From: Alphaproteobacteria bacterium
GTDB taxonomy: Bacteria > Pseudomonadota > Alphaproteobacteria > Rickettsiales > UBA3002
DNA: 64,000 nt
Assembly (NCBI GenBank): GCA_017302575.1
Contig: JAFLDD010000001.1
Coordinates: 777,988-841,987 of the forward strand
Direction of reading: 5' to 3'
Shown here: in pieces, positions 47,031-56,382 of the stretch
Layout: the number at the start of each line of letters is the position of its first letter
Numbering within the stretch: position 1 is the first letter of the stretch
Program-made: the position numbers and the translations under genes
The notes under the pieces: model-generated
The model's input: the letters and a program-made list of their open reading frames with translations, nothing else
What the model was told of the DNA's origin: nothing
The model's database searches: none

Positions 47031-48893
47031 ATGGCCGATTCCATAGAGATTCTAGAAATTAAGGGAGTGGGCACTTACGGTGTCAGCACCTCTTTCTCCT
47101 GGGACGGGCTTTATGCGCTTGTGCGCACTCCTGAAAATAAACTTGGCTTCACCCCTGCGCGTCATGCACTGTTTGACGGTGTGATTGCGCAACTGTTCCC
47201 CACGCTTGGTGCACATGATTTAGCAGGCGCGCTGAATACTACGCTGCGCGATAACATCGCCTGCGTGCGCAATTACTTGATGATGCGTTATTTCGACGAT
47301 GCACCTGAAGGGATGAATCCCGACAAAGTGCGTGAGTCACTACGCATGATTGCGCGATTCCTTGGTGAAGGCCTGCAGTGGGATGAGCAGTTACGCGCAG
47401 GTAAAGAACGTGACCCTTATAAAACGGCTGTCAGCATTGAAGAATCCAGCGCCCCTAATGGCGAAGGCGCGCGCTACATTTACCGTAAGATTCAGGAAAT
47501 GGATCGCCATAGTAATTGGGTGCGACCATTCACCAAGGTGATGGAACTCGTCGGTGGTAAGGGCAAAAGTGAGTTGGCGTTATTGCCGTTAGATGAAACG
47601 CCATTCGCATTTGATGACCACAGCGACGAGGAGCGTTTGCGCGAGAAGCTCGAAGAGGCAGCGCAAGACCTTGATGTATTAGGCGACCAGTTGATTCATG
47701 GCGCTGCACGCGCGGGTGGCGTGAATAGTTTGGCCGAACCTGTGCGCCGCGAAGCAATCGATTTAGCGAAAGATATTCTGAACAAACTCAAAGTCTCGTT
47801 TGGTGATATGAATATCATGAGCGGGCTGAATATTCTGCCAGAGGACGCGGAAACCATTGGTTCGATTTCTGGTGTATTGGCGATGTTTGATCGCTTGCTG
47901 GCTTATGCACGTAGTATCGACCCATCCATCTTGCAGCACCCTGCTGTCATGTCAGCGATTCAGGCGTTTGGTCAGATGGGTTATCTCTGCAAAGAAGAGG
48001 CGATGCGCCTTGCGACAAGCTCAAAGAATACCAAAATGGCGGAGCGTATTGCGGGACAACTTAGCCGCACGGCGAACCAGTTCGCACATTTGAATGATAA
48101 GCGCTTCGGTGCACTGACTGAGCGTATCAATAAAGGTATTGATACGGTTATCGAGAAGACGCAGGCTATCTCTGGCCCATCAGCACTGGTTGGTCATTCG
48201 ATCCAGCAGAATATTTCGAGCTTCATGACGGCTGCACCTACGGCTGGTATGGCCAATAAGATTACGCAGCAAACCACACAAAAAACGGTTGCTAACCAAC
48301 AAGGCGAAGAAAATGCCGCACGGGCGCAAGCTGATCGCGCGGTCCAGCAGGCAGCGCAAGCCGCCGCACGCAGCAATCGCGACCAGCAACAAGTACAGCA
48401 GCAACGCCAGAATGCCCGTGCAGCCAATGCACGCCAAGCACGCCAGCAAGCTCAGCGTAGTCTGCGCCAATCACAACAACTTCAACAACAGCGAGCGCAA
48501 GCTGATCATTCACATGATCACCATCACCATGGGCAAAGCACTTCCGCCATTCAAGCGCCTAAACAGGCTCAGACAGCCGCCGATATTGCTAAGCAGATTG
48601 ACCCACGCATTTTGATGGGCTTTCAAAACGCCACGAACACTAGCAACATTAAAACAGGTGCGGTTACCCCTAAAAATGCCAAGGATACGATTGCACAAAA
48701 CCTCTATGGAAATACAGGCAATTTGAGACCACCACCGCTTATGCCTGGGACAACGCCTAAAGGCAGCATGGCACAGCCTAACCAGAAAACAGAAGCACAG
48801 CAGGCTGCTGATAGCGAAAAGAAAAAGCAGATTGATCAGCAAATGCTTGCACCGCCACCACCGCCACCTAACCGAGGCGGACGCGAGCGCTAA
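47031..48893 (+). CDS. Large hypothetical protein (620 aa), candidate secreted effector
   Basis: ~400-aa N-terminal region with no motif I recognise. Then a Q/R/A-rich coiled-coil-like stretch, the His cluster HSHDHHHHG, proline runs (RPPPLMP, APPPPPPN) and a basic end RGGRER. Its stop overlaps the stop of the virB7-like gene. Confidence 0.55.
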   Translation: MADSIEILEIKGVGTYGVSTSFSWDGLYALVRTPENKLGFTPARHALFDGVIAQLFPTLGAHDLAGALNTTLRDNIACVRNYLMMRYFDDAPEGMNPDKVRESLRMIARFLGEGLQWDEQLRAGKERDPYKTAVSIEESSAPNGEGARYIYRKIQEMDRHSNWVRPFTKVMELVGGKGKSELALLPLDETPFAFDDHSDEERLREKLEEAAQDLDVLGDQLIHGAARAGGVNSLAEPVRREAIDLAKDILNKLKVSFGDMNIMSGLNILPEDAETIGSISGVLAMFDRLLAYARSIDPSILQHPAVMSAIQAFGQMGYLCKEEAMRLATSSKNTKMAERIAGQLSRTANQFAHLNDKRFGALTERINKGIDTVIEKTQAISGPSALVGHSIQQNISSFMTAAPTAGMANKITQQTTQKTVANQQGEENAARAQADRAVQQAAQAAARSNRDQQQVQQQRQNARAANARQARQQAQRSLRQSQQLQQQRAQADHSHDHHHHGQSTSAIQAPKQAQTAADIAKQIDPRILMGFQNATNTSNIKTGAVTPKNAKDTIAQNLYGNTGNLRPPPLMPGTTPKGSMAQPNQKTEAQQAADSEKKKQIDQQMLAPPPPPPNRGGRER

Positions 48894-49051
48894 GCTTGCT
48901 GTGGCTTACTCATCCACCAACTATTGACGGGACGTTTAGGACCACACGGGCTGTCTTCCAAGCCGACGCATGGGCTTTTTAGGACTTCTACTTTCTCTGA
49001 ACCGCAAGCAGCGAGAGCAAGTAGTGCAAGTATGCAAAGTGTGTATTTCAT
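48890..49051 (-). CDS. 53-aa lipoprotein in the canonical virB7 position (VirB7-like candidate, absent from the ORF track)
   Basis: Hand translation codon by codon gives MKYTLCILALLALAACGSEKVEVLKSPCVGLEDSPCGPKRPVNSWWMSKPQQA. Lipobox is LAAC, with two further Cys and a P-V-N motif. The start lies 28 nt after the last virB6 stop on the same strand. Confidence 0.5.
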   Translation of the reverse strand: MKYTLCILALLALAACGSEKVEVLKSPCVGLEDSPCGPKRPVNSWWMSKPQQA

Positions 49052-49078
49052 ATTTTTATCCAATCTATATTACTGTCC

Positions 49079-50509
49079 CTATCTTGGCGCTGTTGGCGGC
49101 GTAGTCGGCGCTGTTGTGCTAGGAGCGGGAGTCGTTGGTGCGGCAGGTCTAGGCGGCGGTGACTGCTGGCCACCTTGACCCATCTGGCTCATAAGTTGGT
49201 CGAACTTACCTGCAGGGTCAAGTGCAATCAGAGTACCCGCTAATTCGTTCGAGACACGATCCACTACCTCGGCGAAGCGCGAGCAGAGGAACACGAGCAA
49301 GAGGAAGCTTAATACGTCGATGATTTTAATTGGGAATTCAGGGCAATCTTCGCCACTATCTACTCCCGTATCACGCATGAGACATGTTGCGGCACCCTCC
49401 CATGTCATATCTCCATCAATAATAGTGCCTGTATCGGGGTCACGGAATCTCCAGCCCGATACTTCATTTGAAGTACCTTCCACGCCTGTACCTTCTGTAT
49501 AACACAGTTCAACACTGAACATATTCTGCGTGGCGCTTTGCATCATTACGGTGAAGAACGCCAAGAACGTGAAGAGCAAGATCGGCTGCAACGCGGTACT
49601 GATGAGGGAGTTGAGCCAGCTTGTGAACATCTGCTTGGTTTTCTCAAACAGCAAGAAGACGATAAAGATAGGCGCAAGACCAAGTAACAGTGAACGTACC
49701 ACGAAACACACGGCGTAAAGTCGCAGTGCCTCGATCAGCATTTTAATAAAGGCGGCGAAGGCCATGCCAAGCAGCGCACCCATACCAAGGCCGAATGGGC
49801 CCGCCATGAAGGTTCCAAAAATCGCCATGAAGGTTTCAGGGTTAATCAAAAACTCACCAAGCTTATCGAGTTGATAGAATGGGGTTGCATCAGGCGGTAA
49901 TTCATTGCCCCCAGAAGCAATCTGTAAGACCCCCATGACTAACTCGTCGGTGCCATCATTAAATGCGGTGACCATATAATCAGAAAAGAACTGCCAACCG
50001 GAGGGCGAGATGAGCGTGAAAATAAGGCCGATCTTAATGAGGCGCACCAACACTTGGCCTGCGGTAAGTTGCACTAAGCCAATCGTGAAAAACACGCCGA
50101 ATAATGTCACGGAAAGCACTATCGCTGCATAGACGGCATCCTGATATGCTTCATTTTGTGTAAAGTTTTCGAATATCTTTTGCGTTGCTTCATTCACAAT
50201 GCTTGTGATGAATTCGTAAATCTGGCTGAGAATACCCGTTTGTGTAGTACCAGCGATTTGGCCAAAGTTAGAAGGCCCAGCACTTGGGCTGAAAATCTCA
50301 TTCATTCGCTGGTTAAAACTGGTGCACTGGCCTGGATCCGCCGCAGCAGCGCCTCCCGTTGGTGAAAGCCCCACGTTTGCAAGCGGGTTGGGTATTGATG
50401 GAGGGTCGATAGCTAGTGCCTGATGAGCTGGCATCAGCACTAACATGGCCAAAAGCAGCAGACTTCGTAGCGCTGCTTTCACGGTATGATCGGTTTTCTT
50501 CTGTGCCAT
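49079..50509 (-). CDS. virB6: VirB6/TrbL-family T4SS inner-membrane protein, paralog 3
   Basis: Signal peptide and multiple TM segments. Conserved block LGLAPIFIVFLLFEKTKQMFTSWLNSLISTALQPILLF. P/T/A-rich C-terminal tail. Confidence 0.8.
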   Translation of the reverse strand: MAQKKTDHTVKAALRSLLLLAMLVLMPAHQALAIDPPSIPNPLANVGLSPTGGAAAADPGQCTSFNQRMNEIFSPSAGPSNFGQIAGTTQTGILSQIYEFITSIVNEATQKIFENFTQNEAYQDAVYAAIVLSVTLFGVFFTIGLVQLTAGQVLVRLIKIGLIFTLISPSGWQFFSDYMVTAFNDGTDELVMGVLQIASGGNELPPDATPFYQLDKLGEFLINPETFMAIFGTFMAGPFGLGMGALLGMAFAAFIKMLIEALRLYAVCFVVRSLLLGLAPIFIVFLLFEKTKQMFTSWLNSLISTALQPILLFTFLAFFTVMMQSATQNMFSVELCYTEGTGVEGTSNEVSGWRFRDPDTGTIIDGDMTWEGAATCLMRDTGVDSGEDCPEFPIKIIDVLSFLLLVFLCSRFAEVVDRVSNELAGTLIALDPAGKFDQLMSQMGQGGQQSPPPRPAAPTTPAPSTTAPTTPPTAPR

Positions 50510-50519
50510 AAACCCCTCG

Positions 50520-52052
50520 TTATTCTCGCTTCATTCCATCACCAAATCCGCGTGCCGCGCCAGTAAACAAGTCTGGCACCCCACGAAGGAAGTCTGTTCC
50601 ACTCAAGCCGCCAACAGCGACGTTACGCGGCTGTTCTGCAGTTCCCAGATCCGTAGTTGCGCCCCTAAAGCCCTGATTGGCGCTTTGGATAGCATTATTC
50701 ATTCTCATCTCCATGGTCGACACAGGATCCACTGCCGATGACACCATGCTGCTTCCCGTAATGTTACGTACCGATTCTTGTACGATCTTGAAGCCTTGGC
50801 TAATGACCACCGCAACAATGAGCAATTGGAGAATCTGAACGAACATTCCCTCAAGCCTGTTGCCGACACCTTCCATGTCTTCTGCCATCGCATCAATATC
50901 TACTGCCGAGGCTTCTGCGCAATTCATGTGACGCCCCATCGTGCCTGAAACAGCATCCGAGATTGTATCGCGTCCTGCACGCGTTGCTTCATCATCACCC
51001 TCATGCTCAGCAACCGCGTTCCCGGTATCGGACGATTGGCTCACCATACTTGTACACAGCATGCGTGAGAAGATTTGGAATTCCTGCATCGTCTCTTCAT
51101 TGAAAAGCTGCTGGACCGTTGAATCCTCTGCAAACAGCACCTTATCATAGAGCATCAGTGACATCATGACGTAGCTACTAATCATCACGGGCATGATTAA
51201 TGCCGCGAGTATACCCTTCCACCATTTGTCAAAATACTGCGCGGATGCCTGCATCAACGCCAAGGGTATGAAAAGCGGCGCGATGATAATAAGTAGCGTC
51301 GCAAGAATGAAGGAGTTCAGATAGGCGAACATCGTTTTCACGACGAACATGAACATAGTGTATAGTAGACCAAGCAAGGCTAGAAATATAAAAATACCGA
51401 CGTTACCCGCGAATAAGAACCCGCTAAGCAGCCCCAAGCCACTTGCTGCCAGCAACATGTTTGGTTGGCCGTTCGAACCAACGACGAAGCCAAACAGCTT
51501 GCCTAGCAAGCAATCCATTTGCGCCCATAGCAATTGGTCATCACCAGCATCGGGTTTCATGAAGTTGCCGACTTCACAGGTGAAGCTTCCTTCATCTGCC
51601 AGCGCGCCTGCTACAATCGCGCTACTCTCTTTCATGATGTCATGCGCCATTGGAATCGTACTTGGCATGATTTGTAAGAATCCAAGTACGAAAGCAATTT
51701 TGATGACCAGCAACATGCCGCGTTGCGCGACCTGCCCTTCACCTTGCATTATTTTGACGCCGAAGAAAGTAATCACCAGCACCAGAAACGACATGATGGT
51801 GGGTTCAAGCAAATCCACAAACGCAATCGCCATCTGCTCGCCTGCGGTTTCAACCGTGTACATCACACATGGCACAATCGCGCCTGTGAGCGTGCCATAG
51901 TCACTACAGGATTTTTGAGAGCCACCAGCATCCAAGGTTTGAATTTCGCCAGACGCAGCAGGATTGCCTCCACCGACAGCATCCGCATAGCTGGGCGCTG
52001 CTTGTACCAGCAGTAACGCAACGAAAGCTAACTGTAGCAGCTTACGCATCAT
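50520..52052 (-). CDS. virB6: VirB6/TrbL-family T4SS inner-membrane protein, paralog 2
   Basis: Signal peptide MMRKLLQLAFVALLLVQAAPSYA. Conserved block IIAPLFIPLALMQASAQYFDKWWKGILAALIMPVMI. Confidence 0.8.
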   Translation of the reverse strand: MMRKLLQLAFVALLLVQAAPSYADAVGGGNPAASGEIQTLDAGGSQKSCSDYGTLTGAIVPCVMYTVETAGEQMAIAFVDLLEPTIMSFLVLVITFFGVKIMQGEGQVAQRGMLLVIKIAFVLGFLQIMPSTIPMAHDIMKESSAIVAGALADEGSFTCEVGNFMKPDAGDDQLLWAQMDCLLGKLFGFVVGSNGQPNMLLAASGLGLLSGFLFAGNVGIFIFLALLGLLYTMFMFVVKTMFAYLNSFILATLLIIIAPLFIPLALMQASAQYFDKWWKGILAALIMPVMISSYVMMSLMLYDKVLFAEDSTVQQLFNEETMQEFQIFSRMLCTSMVSQSSDTGNAVAEHEGDDEATRAGRDTISDAVSGTMGRHMNCAEASAVDIDAMAEDMEGVGNRLEGMFVQILQLLIVAVVISQGFKIVQESVRNITGSSMVSSAVDPVSTMEMRMNNAIQSANQGFRGATTDLGTAEQPRNVAVGGLSGTDFLRGVPDLFTGAARGFGDGMKRE

Positions 52053-53611
52053 CTCCTACCCGCTAGCGTTTCACTCATTTGCCTGCCCGCCTGACCCGAC
52101 ATGGCGCTTTGCCATTTCCAGCCACCTGCAAGACCAAAGACGTTTGGTGTGGTGCGGAAGCTACCCACCAGATCGTTGGCGATTTGTGGCACCACTTTCA
52201 TCAACGCGTTCACAATAAATGACATCACCATCAGCAAAATGGCCGAGGCCATCAGTTCATTCATGAAGGCTTTTTCTACTGGATCCGTTGTCTCGGAATC
52301 ATCGAGCAGGCCATTACCAGTTTCGTTTTCTGGCTGCACTTCTGGTCTGCGCGCATGCGCTAGCTTATTCCAATCGATCTTACGCAGGTTTACACCCACT
52401 ACCCAACCCTCTGCACAGTTTTGCGCAGCCTCAACACTCTGGGTGCATTCTGAATCAAAGTACGGAACAGCACCTTCCCTTACGGTACCCTGAGGCGTTT
52501 CGCCCGTTGAGCCTTGCGCAAGCATGGTTGGTCCAACCGTTTCATCTTTGTAACCTTCATTCTCTTCGATGTAGCGATTCAGGTTAAATCCATTAGCGCG
52601 TGCGGCATCCCCTGCGATGGTGCGCACAAACGATTGATCACCTGAAAAGATGGTTACATCCAGCGCCGCGCAGGCGAAACTTACGAAAGTAACAACAATC
52701 ACAGGCTGTAGGGCGAAAGAAACGACTAATCCCACCCAGTTATCGAAATACTGCTTGGTCTGGCGGAACATGACGAGTGGTATGAAGAGCGGCCCAATCA
52801 GCATCATGAACAAAATACCGATATAGGACATGAGGAATACGAACACTACCTTCACCAAGAAGAACAGCATGGTGTACATGAAGCCAAAACCAATAATACC
52901 AATGATAAAGCCTGGGACAGAGGTAAAGAATGCCGAGGCAAAGAACGCAAACAGGCCACGTGCAAGCCCGACACCTGTGATTTGTATGTTGGATGATTCA
53001 CTACCACCATCACCCATATCGATACCAAAGGTCGTATCCATCAAACAATCCAAGCGCTGCCAGATGGTATCCTGTCCCACCATACATGCGGATGCCGTGG
53101 GGTGATTGATCGTACCAAAGCTAAACATGGATGCAGATAATGCATCCATCGATTCGATGACCCACTCATAAAGCATGTCAGTGTTTTGAACGAAATAAAC
53201 CACGAAGCTTAGTTTGATAAGCATCACCATTGTGTCGCGCGCTACGTTCTCGACCATACCGCCCGCCAGCATAACGCCATAGAAAATCACGGTGAGCGTC
53301 AAGAAACCCATGACAGCACCAGTGAGCATTGGTGTGAATTGTTCGAAAAATACACCGCTCGCATTCGCCAGAGTATCACGCACACAGCTCACGATACGCA
53401 CGGCAATGCCATCATAATCTTCGCACTTTGCAACCATGCCGTTTCCTGATGGTGCTGCCGCAGACGGGCTCAAATTGAGATTGAGATTAAGATTCAAATC
53501 CACAGCGTAGGCAGCATGAACTGGAGCAAACAGGAACCAGACCGCAACACATAAGAAAGCAACAGCACAGATTCTTTTAAGATGCTGCATAGCGCCGATG
53601 CTCATGCTCAC
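52049..53611 (-). CDS. virB6: VirB6/TrbL-family T4SS inner-membrane protein, paralog 1
   Basis: Signal peptide. Conserved block LIGPLFIPLVMFRQTKQYFDNWVGLVVSFALQPVIV. ATGA-type overlaps with virB4 and with paralog 2. Confidence 0.8.
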   Translation of the reverse strand: MSMSIGAMQHLKRICAVAFLCVAVWFLFAPVHAAYAVDLNLNLNLNLSPSAAAPSGNGMVAKCEDYDGIAVRIVSCVRDTLANASGVFFEQFTPMLTGAVMGFLTLTVIFYGVMLAGGMVENVARDTMVMLIKLSFVVYFVQNTDMLYEWVIESMDALSASMFSFGTINHPTASACMVGQDTIWQRLDCLMDTTFGIDMGDGGSESSNIQITGVGLARGLFAFFASAFFTSVPGFIIGIIGFGFMYTMLFFLVKVVFVFLMSYIGILFMMLIGPLFIPLVMFRQTKQYFDNWVGLVVSFALQPVIVVTFVSFACAALDVTIFSGDQSFVRTIAGDAARANGFNLNRYIEENEGYKDETVGPTMLAQGSTGETPQGTVREGAVPYFDSECTQSVEAAQNCAEGWVVGVNLRKIDWNKLAHARRPEVQPENETGNGLLDDSETTDPVEKAFMNELMASAILLMVMSFIVNALMKVVPQIANDLVGSFRTTPNVFGLAGGWKWQSAMSGQAGRQMSETLAGRR

Positions 53612-56004
53612 ACCTCTTTCACACGTTTGGTGAAAATCGGTAGCCAGACTTCAGGGTCATCACCCACTTGTTTGCGAATTTCGTCTAGCAGGCCTACTGT
53701 CTCTGCACGGCCTGAAAGCACGCTGATCACATCATCCATACCACTAAGGTCAATGCGCGCGACAACAACGTCTTTGCCTTGCTTAACCAAGAAATAGCGC
53801 GTGCCAGGGTCCGTGTTCTTGAGAAGGTTAAATTCACGTTCCGACAGCATAAATGCTTTACGATACGCGTCGGTCGCTTTGGGGTTTGGAAGGAAGATTT
53901 GCGTTGCGGTTTGTTGGATCAGCGTATCCGAAATATCGGAGTTCACCGCATCTTCTACCGACTGGGTTGCAAATACAACCATGCCGTTGAGCTTTCTGAG
54001 CGTCTTCAGCCAGTCTTTAATTTTACTGGCAAATACCTTGTTATCGATTAATGCCCATGCCTCATCGAGAATGATCATGGTCGGCGTTCCATCAAGTGCT
54101 AGTTGGATACGGTGGAACAGATAGAGCAACACAGGAATCAAGCAGACACGATTGGTGAGCACGTCACCCATCTCGAATCCAAAAACGGTGCTAGAGCGGA
54201 AATCCATGACATCTTCCACATGGTCAAAGATCTGCGCATAGCGGCCATCGGAATGCCATGGCTTAAGGCGTGTTGCGAGCGTTCCTGGGCCCTCAAGGCC
54301 AAAGAATGCCGCCAAATTACGTAAGACGCGATCACCCTTGTCGAGTTTATAGAGACCTTCGATTGCACGCTGAATCACTTCATAATCTTCGGCGGTGACC
54401 GGCTCGTCATTCACGGAGACAAGTGAACTTAACCACTCCGCTATGAAGCTGCGATTTTCCATCGTATCGTCGAGTTGAAGCGGATTGAAATAGCAACGCT
54501 TGCCTGGATCAATGTGCGTATATTTACCACCAAGTGCGCGCACAAAAATATCCACGCCTCGGTCTTTATCGAACATGAACATACGGCAATTATATTTTTG
54601 CGCCTGCGCGCAGAGGAAGTTCATGAGCACGGTTTTACCAGCACCCGTTGGACCGATGATGGTAGTGTGGCCCACGTCGCGCGCGTGGAAGTTGAAATAG
54701 AATGGTGTACCTGAGGTGGTATCAAATACCGTTACCGCATCGCCCCAATGATTGTCGGTTGCTTTGCCGACAGGGTAGTTATGCATGGCTGCAAAGCCCG
54801 CGATATTGAGCGTGTTGATTTTCGCTTTACGACCGACGAAATCGAAATTCGCAGGCAACTGCGCCCAATAACATTGCTCGAGAATCATTTTCTCGCGAAT
54901 AGGGTTGATTCCTACATTCACCATTTCTGCGATCACCATCGACAGCGCACCTTCCAGTGCAGCTAACGAGTCCTCGATACAAGTCACCGTTAGGTGATGC
55001 TCACCAAATGCGATGTGGCCCGACATTGCCATATCGAGCGCATCCGAAATTTCGCGCACCTGCGACACCGCAACGTCTTGCGAGTTCGACATGCGGCGTT
55101 GCTGCAATTGCATCGCACCGATATTCGTCTGGCGGTTCAGGAACTGATAGGATTGCGCAATAATAAACTCGAACGGCAACTGCAAAAAGGCGTCCATAAT
55201 GCCCGCCGCAGTGGCGGGTGAGTATTCTTTGATACTAATGACACCTGCATATTTCACGCCCGTTGGCGTACGTATTTCAATAGCGCGATTGCCGAAGTAA
55301 AGGCGATTAACAGGAAGATAATGCGCAATGTCCATGGACGGTACGAGCATGGGCTGAGAATCACCACCATTCACCAAACGTCCCAAAAATTCGAGCGGCT
55401 CGGAAATCGGGCCAAACTCGGTCTGCTTGGTGGTAAGCACGCGTGCACCATAATCCTTGAAGGTCGCAAGCACGCGGTACACCGCCTCTTTCAGTTCCTT
55501 ATGCGCTTCACGCAATTGCACCGCTTCGGATTCTTTATCCGCCTTGCTTTCAATTTTTTGGAACATCGTCTCGAACTTGGCGACACCCTTGGTGTCTTGC
55601 TTGCGAACGATGGTGATGAAGAGCTCATTCACGAAGCTCGATTTAGAATGGTGCTTCTGCTTCCATCTATCATCCAGTGTCTTAGCGAAACCTTTAGGCA
55701 TTTCGCCGCCAGGGTAGCCCGTCTGCCTGCGTCGTACCATGTGAAACCACATAGAAAACGTACCCTCTGCCATTGACTTGTAGAGGGAGTTACGCACCAT
55801 TTTCTTCATGTCGACGACATCGTCGTCCGCCGTTTCGAACGAGAAACCATCTACCTTGATGATTTGCAGTAGCTCTTTGTTTTTAGTGATGATGGTGTCT
55901 TTGTCCCAGTGATAGTCATAGGGAATGAACGTCGCGGCAGATACCTCACGCTTGGAGACGCGTGCCTTCGATACCGTACGTTTTTTCAACTGACCAAGCA
56001 GCAT
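53608..56004 (-). CDS. virB4: T4SS ATPase VirB4
   Basis: 798 aa with Walker A GPTGAGKTV and Walker B MIILDEAW. The CagE/TrbE/VirB4 layout is present, and it sits next to virB3. Confidence 0.95.
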   Translation of the reverse strand: MLLGQLKKRTVSKARVSKREVSAATFIPYDYHWDKDTIITKNKELLQIIKVDGFSFETADDDVVDMKKMVRNSLYKSMAEGTFSMWFHMVRRRQTGYPGGEMPKGFAKTLDDRWKQKHHSKSSFVNELFITIVRKQDTKGVAKFETMFQKIESKADKESEAVQLREAHKELKEAVYRVLATFKDYGARVLTTKQTEFGPISEPLEFLGRLVNGGDSQPMLVPSMDIAHYLPVNRLYFGNRAIEIRTPTGVKYAGVISIKEYSPATAAGIMDAFLQLPFEFIIAQSYQFLNRQTNIGAMQLQQRRMSNSQDVAVSQVREISDALDMAMSGHIAFGEHHLTVTCIEDSLAALEGALSMVIAEMVNVGINPIREKMILEQCYWAQLPANFDFVGRKAKINTLNIAGFAAMHNYPVGKATDNHWGDAVTVFDTTSGTPFYFNFHARDVGHTTIIGPTGAGKTVLMNFLCAQAQKYNCRMFMFDKDRGVDIFVRALGGKYTHIDPGKRCYFNPLQLDDTMENRSFIAEWLSSLVSVNDEPVTAEDYEVIQRAIEGLYKLDKGDRVLRNLAAFFGLEGPGTLATRLKPWHSDGRYAQIFDHVEDVMDFRSSTVFGFEMGDVLTNRVCLIPVLLYLFHRIQLALDGTPTMIILDEAWALIDNKVFASKIKDWLKTLRKLNGMVVFATQSVEDAVNSDISDTLIQQTATQIFLPNPKATDAYRKAFMLSEREFNLLKNTDPGTRYFLVKQGKDVVVARIDLSGMDDVISVLSGRAETVGLLDEIRKQVGDDPEVWLPIFTKRVKEV

Positions 56005-56303
56005 TAGAACACGTCATACGAGTTAGTGTGGTGGTGATAGCCACGATTCCACGTCAGGAATCCTTTACTTAGTCGCAACATCCAAAGCTCTACTGCGCGC
56101 GGCTCCTTCATGCAGAGCAGGTAGCCAAAGCCGTGAATAAATACGCCGTAGAAAAAGGAGGTGAAGTCAGCCGTGTTAATAAACATGCTCATCGTAATCA
56201 TCGCATTGACGACGAAATACATGTAGCTCACACCCGCAATCATAGGCGGCCGTGCGAGACCTTGGAATAACGGATCGGCTTTGAGTCGGCCACCGGCCAT
56301 GGT
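56004..56303 (-). CDS. virB3: T4SS protein VirB3
   Basis: ATG at 56303, preceded by AAGGGG. DPLFQGLARPPMIAGVSYMYFVVN and two TM segments. The stop overlaps the virB4 start. Confidence 0.85.
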   Translation of the reverse strand, partial: TMAGGRLKADPLFQGLARPPMIAGVSYMYFVVNAMITMSMFINTADFTSFFYGVFIHGFGYLLCMKEPRAVELWMLRLSKGFLTWNRGYHHHTNSYDVF

Positions 56304-56373
56304 ACCACCCCTTTTTGCCCGCAAATTGTTTTGAATTTCTTAGTGTTAGCGAGCACGCTAGCATTTTATGAAA

Positions 56374-56382
56374 ATTCTACCA
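56374..56382 (-). promoter_or_regulatory. Possible extended -10 promoter (TGgTAGAAT) for the virB3 operon
   Basis: Read on the minus strand in the A/T-rich 112-bp ftsY-virB3 gap. The hairpin TAGCG-AGCA-CGCTA (56347..56360) lies between it and the RBS. Confidence 0.3.
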
